A DNA stretch of 64,000 bases from Camelus dromedarius. Taxonomy: Eukaryota. This document shows, in pieces, positions 1 through 13,134 of this stretch; within the stretch, counting starts at the first letter, position 1; every line of letters starts with the position of its first letter. The stretch lies in the NCBI RefSeq assembly GCF_036321535.1, contig NC_087436.1:119972001-120036000 (forward strand). Reading direction: 5' to 3'. The notes beneath the pieces were generated by a model. The model was not told the origin of the DNA and searched no databases. It worked only from the letters and a program-made list of their open reading frames with translations. Both the position numbers and the translations under genes were made by a program.

Positions 1-3000
1 AGTGCAGCCCCTCACCCAGGTGGGCTCCCAAGGGGAAGATGCCCACGGAGCGGCTGTGGGGAAGGCTGAGGACCACCGTGCTCCCGCTGGGGCCTCCTCC
101 CATCACCCACCGCCCCACCTCGTGCGCCTTCCGGAGAAGGAAGAGGTCAGAGAGGGAGCACGAGGGGTGGAGGGTGTCCCGCTCTTCCTCGAAGGGTGGG
201 CTCGGGGCTCCCCCAAGGGCCCCTGAGCTGACTCAGGGTCACACTGCTGTACACCCACGGCCAGAAACCAGCATATGTCTGTGGGATCCCAAAGCCCTTT
301 GTTCTCTGCCCTGCGGGGTTGCGTTTGTTTTAAAGAAAACCACCGCACAGTCAGAGAGGTGGGGAGCCCTTGTCACCGGAGGTATCCAAGCAAAGGGGCT
401 AGGAAGCTACTGTGGCGATTCCAGTATCAGAAAGCAGACTGGTCCAGAGAGTGCGGTGGGGAGCCCCTGTCCCAGGAGGCGTCCAGCCGAGAGGCGGGGA
501 CACGACCCCAGCAATTCCAGCATCAGAGATTGTGCCAGTCCAACTGGCCCTGTGTCGGCGCCGAGCCTCTGTGACCCCTGCTCCCTATTTCTGGGTGTCT
601 CTGTGACTTGAGTGACGGGAGGGGCTGGATCTGCCCCGCGCAACCTCCCCCCACCCCGTCTCTCTTTGGTCGTGCCTGTGGGAGGGGTACAGCCAGGCCT
701 CCATTCTGCATGCTGTGGGGTGGGGTCCTGGGAGACTTCTTGGTCTGGGAATTTCAACACTGGTGGTTCTGCCAGGGATCCAGAGCCTGGGTTCACAGCA
801 GTCTCCATGTGACCTCCAAGAGCCCTGGGGAGACTCCTGCGGCAGGCTTCCTTCCCCGGGAACTTTAATTACATCATTACTCATTTGTGGTTGGAAGGAT
901 GAGAAGAAACTGACACAAGAGACCCCTCATCTCTCCCGCGACCGCGAGCGTTTGTTTAGTTCACCTACCGCTTATGAGGCTTCTGTCCGAGAGGGGCCAG
1001 ACCCCAGGGCCACTCCCTGCCCCTAAGGCGTGGAAGCCACAGGACTCACTGGTGACTGATGGCACAGGCTAAGAGGACAGAAAGAAGGGATGGCAGATGT
1101 ACCATCTCTCATATCATCCTTTTCTGGGGACACCGGGGCCCGCCTCTGACCATCAGTGGCACTTGCCTGACCCTCACCATGTCTGCTCTTTGTGGCACTG
1201 CCCCGTGCCTGCCCTCTCTGGCCCGATCCTCCCTGGCACCGTGCTCTCTGGTCCTCACTCACCCCTGTGCCCCTTCCTCAGTCTCCCTCCCAGGTTCTCC
1301 TCCTGTAGAGACTGCTGGTGCCACCAGGGAAGCCGTGGGTCTGTTTCTTTACCACGTTCCTCCCAGTGCCCCAGGTGGGAGCCGGGGTCCTTCCGGACTC
1401 CTGGCTGCCCCGCCCAGCGGGCGTCCTGCGGGCGTCCGGTGCTGCCCGTCTCCCGTCTTTGCATCCTGTGGTCCTCCCCCCATCCCAGTCTGCTCCTCCC
1501 TTCCCGCTGGACCCGGCCCACCTCGCTCTCTCTCTGGTCTTGTCAGTGCCCTCTTCTCCGCCGTTGGTAAATGGCTGGACCCTCCTTGGAGTTTACGATC
1601 GCCCGCCTATGTGCTTCTTTGGTCATTATCTTGCCACTGGCCCGAGTGCTCCATGAAGCCAGGGACAACCAGGCTGCACCCAGTCTGCCCCAGCACCAGC
1701 CGACATAGGTCCCGGGACACACAAGCAAAGAGCAAAGGAAGGCAGTGTGCGCAGCGTGCGCCCCGCCCATCTCCGCAGTGTGTCCAGGCCACAGCTCCCA
1801 CCGTGTGACGTGGGTGGACACTGCCCTCTCCGGGACTCATTGCTTCATCCATCAAAGGAGTAAAAATAGCAACCACCTCGTCGGAGGGTTGTCAACGGTG
1901 TGCAAAGCATTCAGTACAGTGCCTGGCATACAGTGAGCGCTCAGTACATGCCTCGTATGATTATTTTATCACCAATGCTGTTATCTGCTCCACGTAGCTC
2001 AGGAAAACCACAATGCCAGGTGATTTTGGCTACAGGATCCTGCCTGGGGCTTCCTGTGGGGAGAGTCCATTTCCTCACCCAGATCCGAGGAAGCCACAGT
2101 AACGGGCCTTTCAGCTCTGTCCTTACTTCATCTTCTGAGCACAGAACAGCAGTAGCCCCTGCACTGAGGGCCATGGCCTTGGCCACGAGGTGCCAACGCC
2201 AGTGCACCTGCACAAGCCTTCGGGCATCCAGCTCCAGTGACGGCGAGGAGAAGGGCTGCTCACTGAAGCTCCTGCAGTGTTCCAGCCAGCTCATCCCACA
2301 TTAATAATGTCTTGGTCTCTAATCACAAATATTTGTAGGGAGAGCCTTTGGAGATTCCAGAGTTCTTTCCAAAAGCTGTCGTCTTTACCCAGGAGGCTGC
2401 CCAGGCCAGCGCTGAGGAGGCACCAGGCGAAGGCACTGAGCTTCAGGCCCTTGCTTTCTGCTCTTCAGTTAGGGGCAGATGAATGAACGAGTTGTTCACA
2501 GATCTGATCGTACATAGGTAATTCAACTTTCCTGATGAAAGGCAGTCTTCCAAAGCACAGCCACTCCAGAGAATTAGCTGTCCACCACACTCCACCCAGG
2601 CAGCGGGCTCGCTGGCTTCGTCTGCAAAATGTCCTCATGCAGCCAAACAAAACACAGCTACACCCTATTCACTCTGAAGCCTCAGCGTTCTCCCCTTTGG
2701 AGAACTGAGATCATCAACAATTGTGGGGGAGGGGGCCGGCGGGGGCCTCTCATGCCACGAGTGCCACAGGCGCGGTGGTGAGTAAGTCAAGGCTCTAAGA
2801 CATTGGTGACGCGTATTTTTATACGTCCTGAGATATGTTTGCCTCATTTAGTTTCTATTGATCAGACCCAAGATCTTCCGAGTCAGCCTTCGGTCAGAAG
2901 GAAAAGGTTTGCCCTCTCCGTTAAATTTACAAATGTTCCTGGGGATGTTTCCTGGCATTTCAGTGACTGTCAGGCTGGTAATTAAAACTGAGCCAATCCT

Positions 3001-3559
3001 TTCCCGACAATCAATTCTGTAATTGTGTTTGAGCGGATGTTTTACTAGATCGTGTTGGATGCTTGTCGGTCTCGACACAGAGGCGGGACGGGGGCTTTCG
3101 GGATCAGACAGAGTCAGGTCCGTGCTGAAGGGGCGGCACCCAGCCTGGGCGGGCTGGGGCGGGCCGTTCGACCCCTCTGAGCTTCTGGGTTTTCTGTCTT
3201 CAAAGCAGAAACCACCTTGTTGCTACTGTGACAATAAAGTGATAAAACAGCAATGCCTAGCGCAGGGCCAGGCGCAGGGTGGGTGCTCGGCAAACGCCAT
3301 TTCCCCCTTACTTCCCCGTCCGTACTAGACGGAGTTCAAGTTTATACAGGACAAGACTCGGAGGCACAAGCCACGGAACCTACACCAAGAAGGGTGGATT
3401 CGGAGGTTGGGCTGCATGGTCATGGTTACAGCCAGTGACTAAATTGTACACTGGGCTCAGAGTATGCCGCACTCCTCTTCCCACGAACTCTTCCATTCAC
3501 TCCCCAAAGCAATTTTCAGTAGGTTGACGGATAGAGTGTGAAAGGTGAAAAGGGGACAG

Positions 3560-3720
3560 GAAGGAGGGAGGGGGAGGGAGGGAAGGAAGGAAGGAAGATG
3601 GGATGGGTGGCTAGGTGGGTGGTAGATGGATGGATAGATGATGGATGGGTGATGGCTGGCTGGCCGGCTGGCTGGCAGGATGGACAGATGAGTAGGTGGA
3701 TGGGTGGATGATGGATGAGC
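3560..3720. repeat. Low-complexity (GGAA)/(TGGA)n degenerate microsatellite
   Basis: Runs of ggaa, gatg, tgga and tggc visible directly. Confidence 0.85.
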
Positions 3721-6700
3721 TGAGGCATCTCAAGACCTTTGGCAAGAGTGAGCCAAGAACCTTCGAAAGAGACGATGGCGGATACCTAGTCGGGTGGCAG
3801 TTGACATGAGAAAGGGAACTGGGGGCAGCTCGCTGTGCTTGGTGAAGTGGTTCCAGACACACACACCAGTCAGGACTTGATTGGGAAACTGGAGGCAGCT
3901 GGAGTCGGGAGGGACTTAATCCGGACCCTAGAGGTTGACGCGGTTGATGCAAGGACTGGGGGCGGAGGTCAGAAGGCGCCGCTGACATCAGGAAGTCAGG
4001 AGCCCAGGAATGTCGGGAAAGCACTGCTGCGGCTGGCCGCAGCCGCCCGCAGCCGCCAGGTGGGTGGTCGGGGGGCGCTAGGGACACTGACAGCCCACAC
4101 CTGCCTGTGGAGGCAGCCGGACCACTAGGGCTTCTTGTCTTATCCGTTCTCACGTGAAGGCTGCCCGTTGGCCGACTCTGATGGCCCTCTGCTCTCCGGG
4201 TCCAGGAGCTCGGCCCTGCGGGTCACTGGGCTGTCTCACCCGGACAAACACCAGGGCTCCCAATCAGCCTGGTCTGCCCCCTGCAGGCCCTATTCCTCAC
4301 TGCAGTCAGAGAAGATGGCCGGGGCATCCCACGCAAAGTGAGCCTGTGGGAGCAGCAGGCGTCTGGGGAGCTCAAAGCAGTCCAGGGTGGCTGGGCCTCG
4401 GGCTGCGTGGTGGCAAGTTCATCAGGGCAAGGTCGTGGGAGAGTCATGGATGCCAGACTCAGGCGCGCGGGTGGGAGGGGCCCTGAGGGTTTCCAGCAGG
4501 GACGCAACACTGCACACTTGCATCCACATAAATTCCAGTTATCCACAACTTCCTCAAGGTGGGTCTTTCAGGGTTAAGGGAGCGCGATGATAATAACGAG
4601 CTGCTGTTGCTACAACAGCGCCGAGGGCTGCGCCTGGTTTGGAAGCTTAGCGCCAAAGAGATGATGCCTGCAGTGTAAGGCTGAGCGTGAATAGCCCAAG
4701 GTCGCTGAGCACTGTGGCAAAGCCTCGTCTCCATCAGACTCTGTGTCCTGAGACCTCTCCTCTGCTGAAGACCACCCACACCCAAAACCGCCATGTGGAG
4801 CGATGTCCTCCTAAAACTCAGGGCGGCCGCGCTGCGCGTGCGCTGCATGTCCCAGCAGGACGTGTTCAGCCGCAGGAGTGATGCGCCGGGTAGGAGGGTT
4901 AATTCTTCCCTGTGGCTCACGTGGGCACATAGCGGATGCTCGGCGCAGATCCTAATTTGAGACCCGGGGGTGGATGCTGCTGTGTTTGTGTGTCTCCACT
5001 GTCTGCCTCTCCTGATGTCAAAGCCGGGTTTTCTGTGAGCCCAGCTGGGCACATCTGTCTGGCAAGGAATGGACTGGGCAATTGGGTTTTAAATAGAAAG
5101 GTGACTCCAGGTGACACCCATCTCCAGGTGGGGGTGGGGACCCTTTGAGGGCTCAATCTGGGAAAGGGCAGATTAAAAGCAGATTCTCTCCTTGATAAAG
5201 AGTCTGAACAAAAACCAAAGGTCCGCGGCGCATTCAGCCAGGGCCCTGGCAGAGGCAAGAAGTTGTTTCTGGATGCTGTTTGTTTCCCCTTTTTGCACTT
5301 GGATGTTTGAGAGCTATGATTTGCATGAGCTTTGCTGTGAGGCAGACTGGGACGTTGGCACCACCTTTTGGAAGAGTTGGGTTGGAAGCTCAGTGGAGGG
5401 AAACCCTGGACCAGAGAAGGTAACTTGGCAGGTAGAGCCACGCGTGGTTTGGGCAGGCAGGTCCAGGTGGACGTGATCTGGGCAGGCAGGAAGGTGCAGG
5501 CTCGTGTTGAAGGGTCAGGAAGGGCTTGCGGGATGCCAGACTCAGGTCAGGCAGGCCTCCCAACCTGGCAGAGAGGGAGACAGGAGGCCCACACCGGCAT
5601 CTTGTGCAGTCTGCCCTCCATCTTCCTGGAGCATCTTTCTGTGCATGGCTGATGTGTCCCCCCGAGAGCATGCAGCTCACCTTCCTGGAACTTTCTGGAC
5701 ATCCTCTCCTCTCCTCCAGTCCAGCCTGGGGGAGAGGCCTCCCTTCTTGAGGCACCTGTCCCAGGGCACAGCTCACACTGTTAAATGACCTCCCTTGTCT
5801 GCTGTGAGCTCCTCCCGGACAGGGATCCCGTGGGATTAATCTCCCAGCCCAGAGCCTGGCGCACAGCTGAGTAAGTTAGTTAATGCTCTGAAAGAATATG
5901 ATAGTGGACCAAAGGGAGGGAGGAAAGGTGAAGAGGGACAGAAAGGCCCTCCTCCCTCCACCACTCCGCCTTCCTCTGCCTCTACACATGGTCAGAAATC
6001 ATCCCCAAAGCCCAGGACGGACCTACAGATGTCTGGGAGCCACGTCTTATAGTCTTCAGGGTGGGCAGAATCCATTTGGACTCTCCCAAGCCTTTTGCAT
6101 CAGGAACCCCGTGCTGTTGTTCCGTTGCCGGCAGGTGCAGCCACACTGTTAGCCCTGATGTGAAACAGATGAGGGATGGAGGGAGGGATGAGCTGAGGTG
6201 ACACGTGATTTTCCAGGAGGCACTCAGCCTCTCTGGCCTCAGCTTCCCCATCAGAGAAATAGGGATGATCGCATCTACTTGGCAGGTACACAGTAAGTAT
6301 CAAATTCAATAAGTGAGTCACTCGACCCCTGCCCTGCCCCTGTCCATCATCTCCGCACCAGAGCTGCCCTGCTAGGCTTTCCTTGATCTGTCCAACCGGA
6401 TGCTGGCGGGGCCCTGGGGGTGGCTGCCGGGCGAGCAAGGGAAATTACAGAAGGGTTATGAATCAGCACGCAGACGCAGCCAGGCCCACTTTGCAGCTTT
6501 CCCACCCCACACATCCCGGCAGAGAGCTCATTAGACCGTAGTCTAACGCAGGGCCCAAGGTTCCTTGCGGGGTGGTGCAGAGGCTGGGGGAAGGCAGGGC
6601 CTATCCGCTCAGCCGCCTGCAGGTTGGCCCAGGGAGCTGGGTCTTGGGGGTCAAGGACCCCTGCCCTGCCCTCGCCTGGAGGGGACTCGGGGAACTCTCC

Positions 6701-7406
6701 CTCCCCCGGACCCCTGTTGCACGCCAGCTCCATGGCATCTCTTGTCACCCTGGGTCACAGCCTGTGCCACGTTCGTGTCTCACGCAGGGCTGGCCTTCCT
6801 CTGTGCCTGCTGCCCGGTGTCAGGCCTCCACCACCCACTTCCACCGCGAGTCCCACATGGGGGGAAGCAGGTCTCAGCTACAGACCCGCCGATGTCCAGA
6901 CTACTTTGGCATCAGAGAGGCACATCCAATAAATGTGTCACTAATGTGATCTGGGGGAAAAATCCCCAAGCAGGTGACTTTCTTCAGAAGATGTGTCCTG
7001 CCCTACCACTCCCCACCCCAGAATCAATGTGCTGGTCCCACGAGCTCCACCATCACTGGCTTTTCCTGGCGAACTCCTCTTCGTCCTTCAAGGCCGGGCC
7101 CTGGTGACAGCCCCTCCAGGAGGCCCGCAGCCCGAGGCCAGGCCCAGGGCGGAGCAAGGGAGGTTCCAGGGAACACAGTGAGGGAGGTACTCAAACTCAG
7201 GTGCCCTGGCTCACCCCTCAGCCCCGAGACACGGCTCACGCGCCCTGGGGATGGCTTCTCTGCCTTCTGTCCGTGTATCTGTCCCAGGACTCCCTGGTGC
7301 GAGGGAACCATATGTTCTCTGTACTGTCCTCACCCCTGCCTTTGAGCTGCCTCTGCTCTGGGACCCTGACCCAAGGACTAAACTTCTTTAAAAGCAAATG
7401 CTGTAG

Positions 7407-7588
7407 TAATAAGCCCACTGTCACCCGCGGTAGGTTCGCCACGGCCCAGGGCTGCGCTAAGTCTGTTACACACATTGTTTCCTTTAACTCTTTGAATCGC
7501 CAGTGCAATGGGAATCCCTATCTTCATTTTACAGAGGAGGAAACTGAGGCTCAGAGACGCCAAGGAATTCGCCCAAGGTGGCACAGCT
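7407..7588 (-). mobile_element. MIR SINE
   Basis: Core cattttacagaggaggaaactgaggctcagaga...cccaaggtggcacagct. Confidence 0.8.
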
Positions 7589-7949
7589 CATGGGGGCAAA
7601 GAAGGCCTTTAGCCCAGCTCCAAGGGCCGCCAAAGCCTGCACTGCCCCTGCCCCTCTGTGCCTGGGCCGTGGGCTACATGCTCCACGAGTGACCTGCCTG
7701 GACTCCAGGGCCGTCATTGGTATCTCTGCCCTGCAGAGCATCCTCAGAGTGGCTGAGAGCAGGGCTGCGAGGAGTGAAACCCCCTTAAAACCGGGCCCAG
7801 ATGTGCTCCAGTGCGCAGCGGTATCTCCTTGTCACTTGGTGGGGAGGCGGCCGGGGTCCGCCAGCGCGCTCAGACCCACACCGCCTGTGGACGCGGGGCT
7901 GAACCCGGCAGGGGCTGCGGCTTAGCGCCTCCCTTCACGTGGAGCGCGC

Positions 7950-8065
7950 ACGGGACTCACCAGGGACCTGAGAAAATGTAGACCCTGATCCCTCGAGTCA
8001 GGGTGCCGCCGAGACACTGCTCTTCTAACAGGTTCCCATGCCGCTGCTGCCGCTGGTCCCAGAGC
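7950..8065. mobile_element. MER5A-like hAT-Charlie MITE fragment
   Basis: ttctaacaggttcccatgccgctgctgccgctggtccc resembles the recalled MER5A consensus. Confidence 0.5.
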
Positions 8066-8088
8066 TTATTAACTGAGCAGCTTGGGAG

Positions 8089-8249
8089 AGGGCCCGCTCT
8101 GAGGGTGTGCGACCCAGGCCGTCGCAGAAGGCTCTCCGCTTGCTTTAACATTCTCCTGCTGCCGTCCTGAAACTCCTCATTCTATTTGAACAGGGAGCCC
8201 ACATTTGCATTTGTACCAGGCCTGGCAAATTAGACCATGAGGCTCCTGC
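8089..8249. mobile_element. MER91A-like hAT MITE
   Basis: agggcccgct...gggtgtgcgacc...gctttaac...gccgtcctgaaa...tttgaacagggagcccacattt...gcaaatta is colinear with the recalled MER91A consensus. Confidence 0.65.
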
Positions 8250-9169
8250 GTGGGATGCCACTAGTCCAATGAACCTGTCAGCCATTTCTCTGTAACGTGT
8301 TGCCTCTGATTTTGAAGACACCCAGCCCCATGGGCCCCCAGAACTTAGTTCAGGTACCATATGTTCCCCCAGAATAGTAAGCAGTGAAAATGTACCATTT
8401 AAAATAGTCTGGTTCCCAATTTGGAAGAACAGTCTGCCAGCCTCCGCTCTGCACGATGTTAATTGATTTGTTTTCTTTGCTCCAATAATCCTTTCCTTGT
8501 CGGCACTTTTTTCTTCCCCCATCTTTCCTGGCTTACTTGTTTCACTCTGAGGCCAAAAATGGCCCACAATCCAGATTGCTGGGCCCCTGGCCAGAATGGC
8601 TTGCTCCGATCCTCTGTCCTTCCCCCTCGGTGCCACCACGGGCAGGGCCTTGGCTGTAACTGAGGGCTGTCCTGGAGAGGCGACCTTGCACCCAGAGATC
8701 TCGTTCTGTGTGGGAATACCAACACCTGTTTTTTGGGAACGTGGCACCTACCCGAGCTGGTGATAGGGCAGTGCTGGAGACGTGAGCCCTGCTGGGCTGG
8801 AGCAAATGAATGTACAAGATGCTGGAGGAAAGGGCAGAGGATGGGTGAGAAAAACTCGATTGGAGGATGTGTATCCTGGAGGGCTTCCTGAAAGAGGTGA
8901 CCTTCAAAACAGGCCTTGGTAGATAAGGCGGTGTTTGATGAGCAGATACAAAGACTGAGGGTGTCCCATTGCAAAGACAGGCTAAACTCATGCTGGGGGC
9001 TCCTGTAAAGCAGGGATGCCAAAAACAAAAGAAATATTTAGCTTTGCTGAAGTGGCCCATTTTGAGATTTTAAAATCTGATTCAGAATTATCAGTGGTGA
9101 GGTTGGGGCAGGGGGGTCTTGGTCCTGCTGTGCATTCCAGCCAGAGGGCACAGTACCCACAAAGGTGGT

Positions 9170-9440
9170 CAGGATGCAAATGGTCTCGGTAGGGACCCCC
9201 GCCTGCTTGCTTTCGGTCATGCTGTCATCTCTGCCTGAAACACTCTCCCCCAGGTCTGGGTCAAATTTCCACTCATTCTTCAAGGCTTGTCTGGGTGTCA
9301 CCTCTTCCATGAAGCCCTCTCTGTTCTGCACCTGCTCTGCAATTTTTCCCTCTGCTCTGCTTCCACAAAGCCCTGTGAATTCCTGAATTCTTATTTAATC
9401 CTGTGGGTTTAGCAACTGTGGAAGAATGAATGAATGAATG
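9170..9440 (+). mobile_element. L2 LINE 3' fragment
   Basis: cactcattcttcaaggc...gtcacctcttccatgaagccctctctg, ending in a (GAAT)n tail. Confidence 0.6.
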
Positions 9441-9994
9441 AGACTTCGTTGATGTGTGAAGCTTTGAGTGGTGAGGAGGAATCAAAGAATGAGACTGTTG
9501 ATGACTTCTGCTCTCCGGGCTACTTAAATATCTCTAGGGATGTTTTCCTCCCAGAGGAGAAAAGCAAACAGTTCCCTTAGGAGTCACAAACTGAGCTGGA
9601 ATTGCTCACTCGTGCGTGTGTGCGTGCATAGGTTCATTCGTGTGTCCATCAGGAATGGGTTAGCCGACAGCTCGGGTCAGGCCTCGGGTGATGCTTAAGG
9701 AACCCAAAGGAGTTGGGGCACAGCCTGATGGGGGAGGTCAGTAAGTAAGTCAGAAGAACATTGTGAAAAATGCATCGTTGGAAAAGCGGTTTAATGAGGG
9801 AAATTTGGGCTTCCCTGGTTAGACGGCTCAGACAGAGCCGGGCGTGGGGGTCACCGCCTGGGGCGGGCGCAGAGCCAGGCTGAGTGGTGAGTGGGTTCTG
9901 AATGAACTGTGCCGTGTCTGGTAAGATGCGGAAGAAGTCTTGGTGACTTCGTTTCATGTCTCCTGATTATCCAGGGTAGCCAGGAGCCGTGCAG

Positions 9995-10876
9995 AACATT
10001 TAGAAGTTGAAGGAAAATGAGATTATGTCAAAGATGACACAGGGACCCAAAAGAGCTCCCAGTAGCCAGAGCTGGAGCAATCTGGACAACACAACAAGAA
10101 AATACTATTATACAACTCAGAGTGTAAAATAAATATTCATGGGTTCGTGGTGATATAAATACATGATTGAGTAAGCGAATACATGGGGGAGGAAAGACAA
10201 ATCTCCCAGGCAGAATTCCACATAATATATGTGGCTGTTCCGCCCTCCAGGAAGGGCGCCTCCCTCCCCACCCCCCAGGTGTGGGCCCTGCACAGCGACT
10301 TCCTCCCAGATGGACAGCATGGAGGTGGGGAGGAAAGGAGTCGTGTTACAAGGAGAATCCTGGCCAGCACCATCCGGCCAGCGATGACAGGTCCTGTCCC
10401 CAGCGTGTGCCCTGGCTGGGATGCAGTGAGGACCACACTTTCCCCCTGTGCCCTGCCCCCAAAAACCCATGACCACAGCACCAGCTCAAGAAAAACATCC
10501 GACAACCCCAAATGGAGACGTAGCTACGAAATACCTGGCTGGTCCTTCTCAAAACTGCCACGGTCAGGAAAAACAAGGGAAGTCTGAGAAACTGTCCCAG
10601 CCCGGAGGAGCCCGAGGGGACGTGATGACTAAGTGTCACATGGGAGCCTGGGTGGGAAAAAAGACGTCAGTGGGAGAACTGGTGAAATGTACTGTGTGCT
10701 GTAGACAACGTGAACGTGCCGACACTGGGTCCTCAGTGTGACAAACGTGTGGTGCTAACGTGAGCTATTCGTCACAGAGGAGACGTGTGTGCGGTGCGTG
10801 GGGGCCCTCTGTGCTAGCTTCGCAGCTTTTCTGTGAATCTAAAACTATGATAAACTAAAAAGTTTATATAAAAAAA
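9995..10876 (+). mobile_element. Old L1 (L1MC/L1MD-type) 3' UTR
   Basis: gaagtctgagaaactgtcccagcc...gatgactaagtgtcacatggg, ending ttttctgtgaatctaaaact...aaaaagtttatataaaaaaa (A-rich tail). Confidence 0.75.
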
Positions 10877-10941
10877 TCCTTAAAACCCCACCACTTGAAA
10901 CCCGCCACTATTAACGTCTCCCTGTGTTTCTTTCCATTCTT

Positions 10942-11413
10942 TTTTTTAAAGGCAGGTGGGATTGACGTATAACATTATATTAGTTTCAGATGTGCAACAA
11001 AATGATTCACTATTTGTTTATATTGTGAAACGATCACCAAAATAGGTCTAGTTAGCATCTGTCCCCACACATAGCTACAGAATTTCTTTTCTTATGGTGA
11101 GTACATTTAAGATTTCTCTTAGCAACTTTCAAATATAGACATCGTATCATTTACTATGGTCACCCGGCTGTACACCCCATCCCCTTGGATGTTTGTACCT
11201 TTCTGTCTCACCCCCACTCTGGTACCACCAGTCTGTTCTCTGTGTCTATGAATTTGGGGTTTTTTTCCCTTTTTCCTTTTAGATTCCACATATAAGTGAG
11301 ATCACACGGTATTGCTTTCTCTGACTTATTTCTCGTAGCATAATGCCCTTAATGTCCATCCACGTTGTGACAAATGGCAAGTTTCATTCTTTTTTATGGC
11401 TGAATACTAACCC
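10942..11413 (-). mobile_element. 5'-truncated L1 3' end (L1MA-like or lineage L1) with target-site duplication
   Basis: Poly-T start, then attgacgtataacattatattagtttcagatgtgcaac...tttagattccacatataagtgagatcacacggtatt...tttttatggctgaata; flanked by ttccattctt at 10932-10941 and 11414-11423. Confidence 0.85.
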
Positions 11414-12109
11414 TTCCATTCTTATTTCTGTGCCTCTTCCACTAACAAAATTGTACTTACTTTTCTACACTTATCATTGACAAAATTATACCTCCTTATA
11501 ATTGTGTCAATGTGAAACGTAAAGAAATTTCACCTGCTTACAATTCTGTGCCCTGCTTTTTTCCATGAGTGCATGAGCTCTCTTGTCACTAAGCATTCTC
11601 TGTAAGTGCTTTTACTTGCTCTATGGCTCCCCCAACCATCCCCACTCCCCTGACTCCGTTTTTCTGCATGGAAACCACACAACGAGGAGTATCTCCTGGC
11701 ATGTCTTTGTCCACCTTTCAGGGATCAAAATCACTGAGGAATCAGGCTCCCTGGCCCTCAGTTCACTGGGGAGAGAAGGGTTTTGTGCTGGAGGATATGA
11801 AGGAAGCTAGCTGGGGAGCTCGCTGAGGTTTCCCTGGAAAGGAAGAACATGCTGGGTTGTAGTTTGTTCCAGGAGACAGGAGCTGTGTGTGGCTGTTGGT
11901 TTATCCTCTGTGTGCCTCATTGTCTTCTAGGGGAATGTCGGGGTTTGGGAAGGCCATGCGGGGGGAGAGGGTCTCAATGCCCTTCACCATCCGTGGGAAA
12001 GCCGTGCATGAGGCAGGCTAGTCCCCTCCGCCCACCAGCTCCAGCACGGCTCCAACGCCCGTCCTGTGTAGGCTGGCCCTGGAGCACATGGCTAAGAGCA
12101 GGGCCCTGG

Positions 12110-12410
12110 AGTCACCCTCCGATCCCCACCCTGGCTCGATCCTGCATGGCTCTGTGACCGTAGCAGTTTGCGTCTCCGCTCTGTGCCTCAGTTTCCCCAC
12201 CTGCCAAGCGGAAGTGATACCTGCATAGCAACAGTCACCTGATAGAGCTCGAATGAGGACAAGCTGATCCCACTTGTGGTAGACTTTTACTGGGTCTGCT
12301 CACTGGGTGCCAGGCGCCATGTCATTACCCCCATTTTATAGACGAGGAAACTGAGGCACAGAAGGGTATTTGGTCTGCAGACATGGAGTTTGAACCAGGT
12401 TATCTGGAGA
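12110..12410. mobile_element. Two adjacent, oppositely oriented MIR fragments (+ about 12110-12270; - about 12290-12410)
   Basis: ctgtgcctcagtttcccc (+) and ccccattttatagacgaggaaactgaggcacaga (-). Confidence 0.7.
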
Positions 12411-13134
12411 CTGAGTGTGTGCCTCGGTCATGGCTCTGCAGGGGGTGAACCTCGCGGCTCATGGCCCATCCACCTCGCGTGCCCAGGGCCCCTTCACTGT
12501 CCCAGTCGTCCAGCTGGTAGACCCTCTCTGGTGCCAGGGACAGAGGAGCTCTTGTGTCTTCCTCTGAGGGGGTCCTGTCATCCCACCGAGTGGCCGCCAA
12601 GCTGCCCTGTTCTGACCCTTGACTTCTGACCTTTCTGTGACCAGGGGCACCCTCCTCGCAGCCCCACAGGGCTTGTTCTCGTGTGAACAGGAAACTGGAG
12701 AGAAGGCAAATCCGGAGGGAATCACAGGCCAGCTCCCTGAGCAGGACACGGCCGCGACACCCTGCGTGGGGCTGTGGCTTCTGACTCTCCCAGCGAGGCT
12801 CCCCACAGGGCCTTTTGCAGGAGCAGGCGTGCGTGGCCGAGCTGCCCCGGGTCCTCCCCGTGGCGCCTTGCCTGCCGACTTCGAAACAGAGTCGGGCTGG
12901 GGCCGCTCGCGACCGTCTGTGTCTCCCGTCATTCCCCGTGCGATCAGATGCTTGGGGATAACCAGGTAGAGAATCGCGGAGGTTGGAATCCGACCGAGCC
13001 ACCAAAGCGTCCAGCTAGGATGAGGCAGCGTCCCAGATGGCCCTGCTCCCAGGTCCCCCCCCCCCCCGCTATACACAGGCTGCCCAGGCCATCGACAGTA
13101 AGATGCCTCTCGCAGAGCTCCCACCGGGGCCGCG

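Noticed and set aside
1059..1808. 249-aa ORF, and similar long ORFs such as 12459..13187, 56566..57276, 59845..60507 and 62519..63304
   Set aside because: Pro/Gly/Ser/Arg-rich chance frames expected in GC-rich intron; no domain motifs and no supporting exon structure.
7760..7960. CpG-rich patch as an internal CpG-island promoter
   Set aside because: Only ~200 bp, and similar CpG-rich patches are scattered through the window, including inside repeats.
8203..8210. Octamer ATTTGCAT (another at 5319-5326)
   Set aside because: Lies inside a MER91A-like relic; isolated 8-mers are expected by chance in 64 kb and there is no adjacent SOX half-site in the canonical arrangement.
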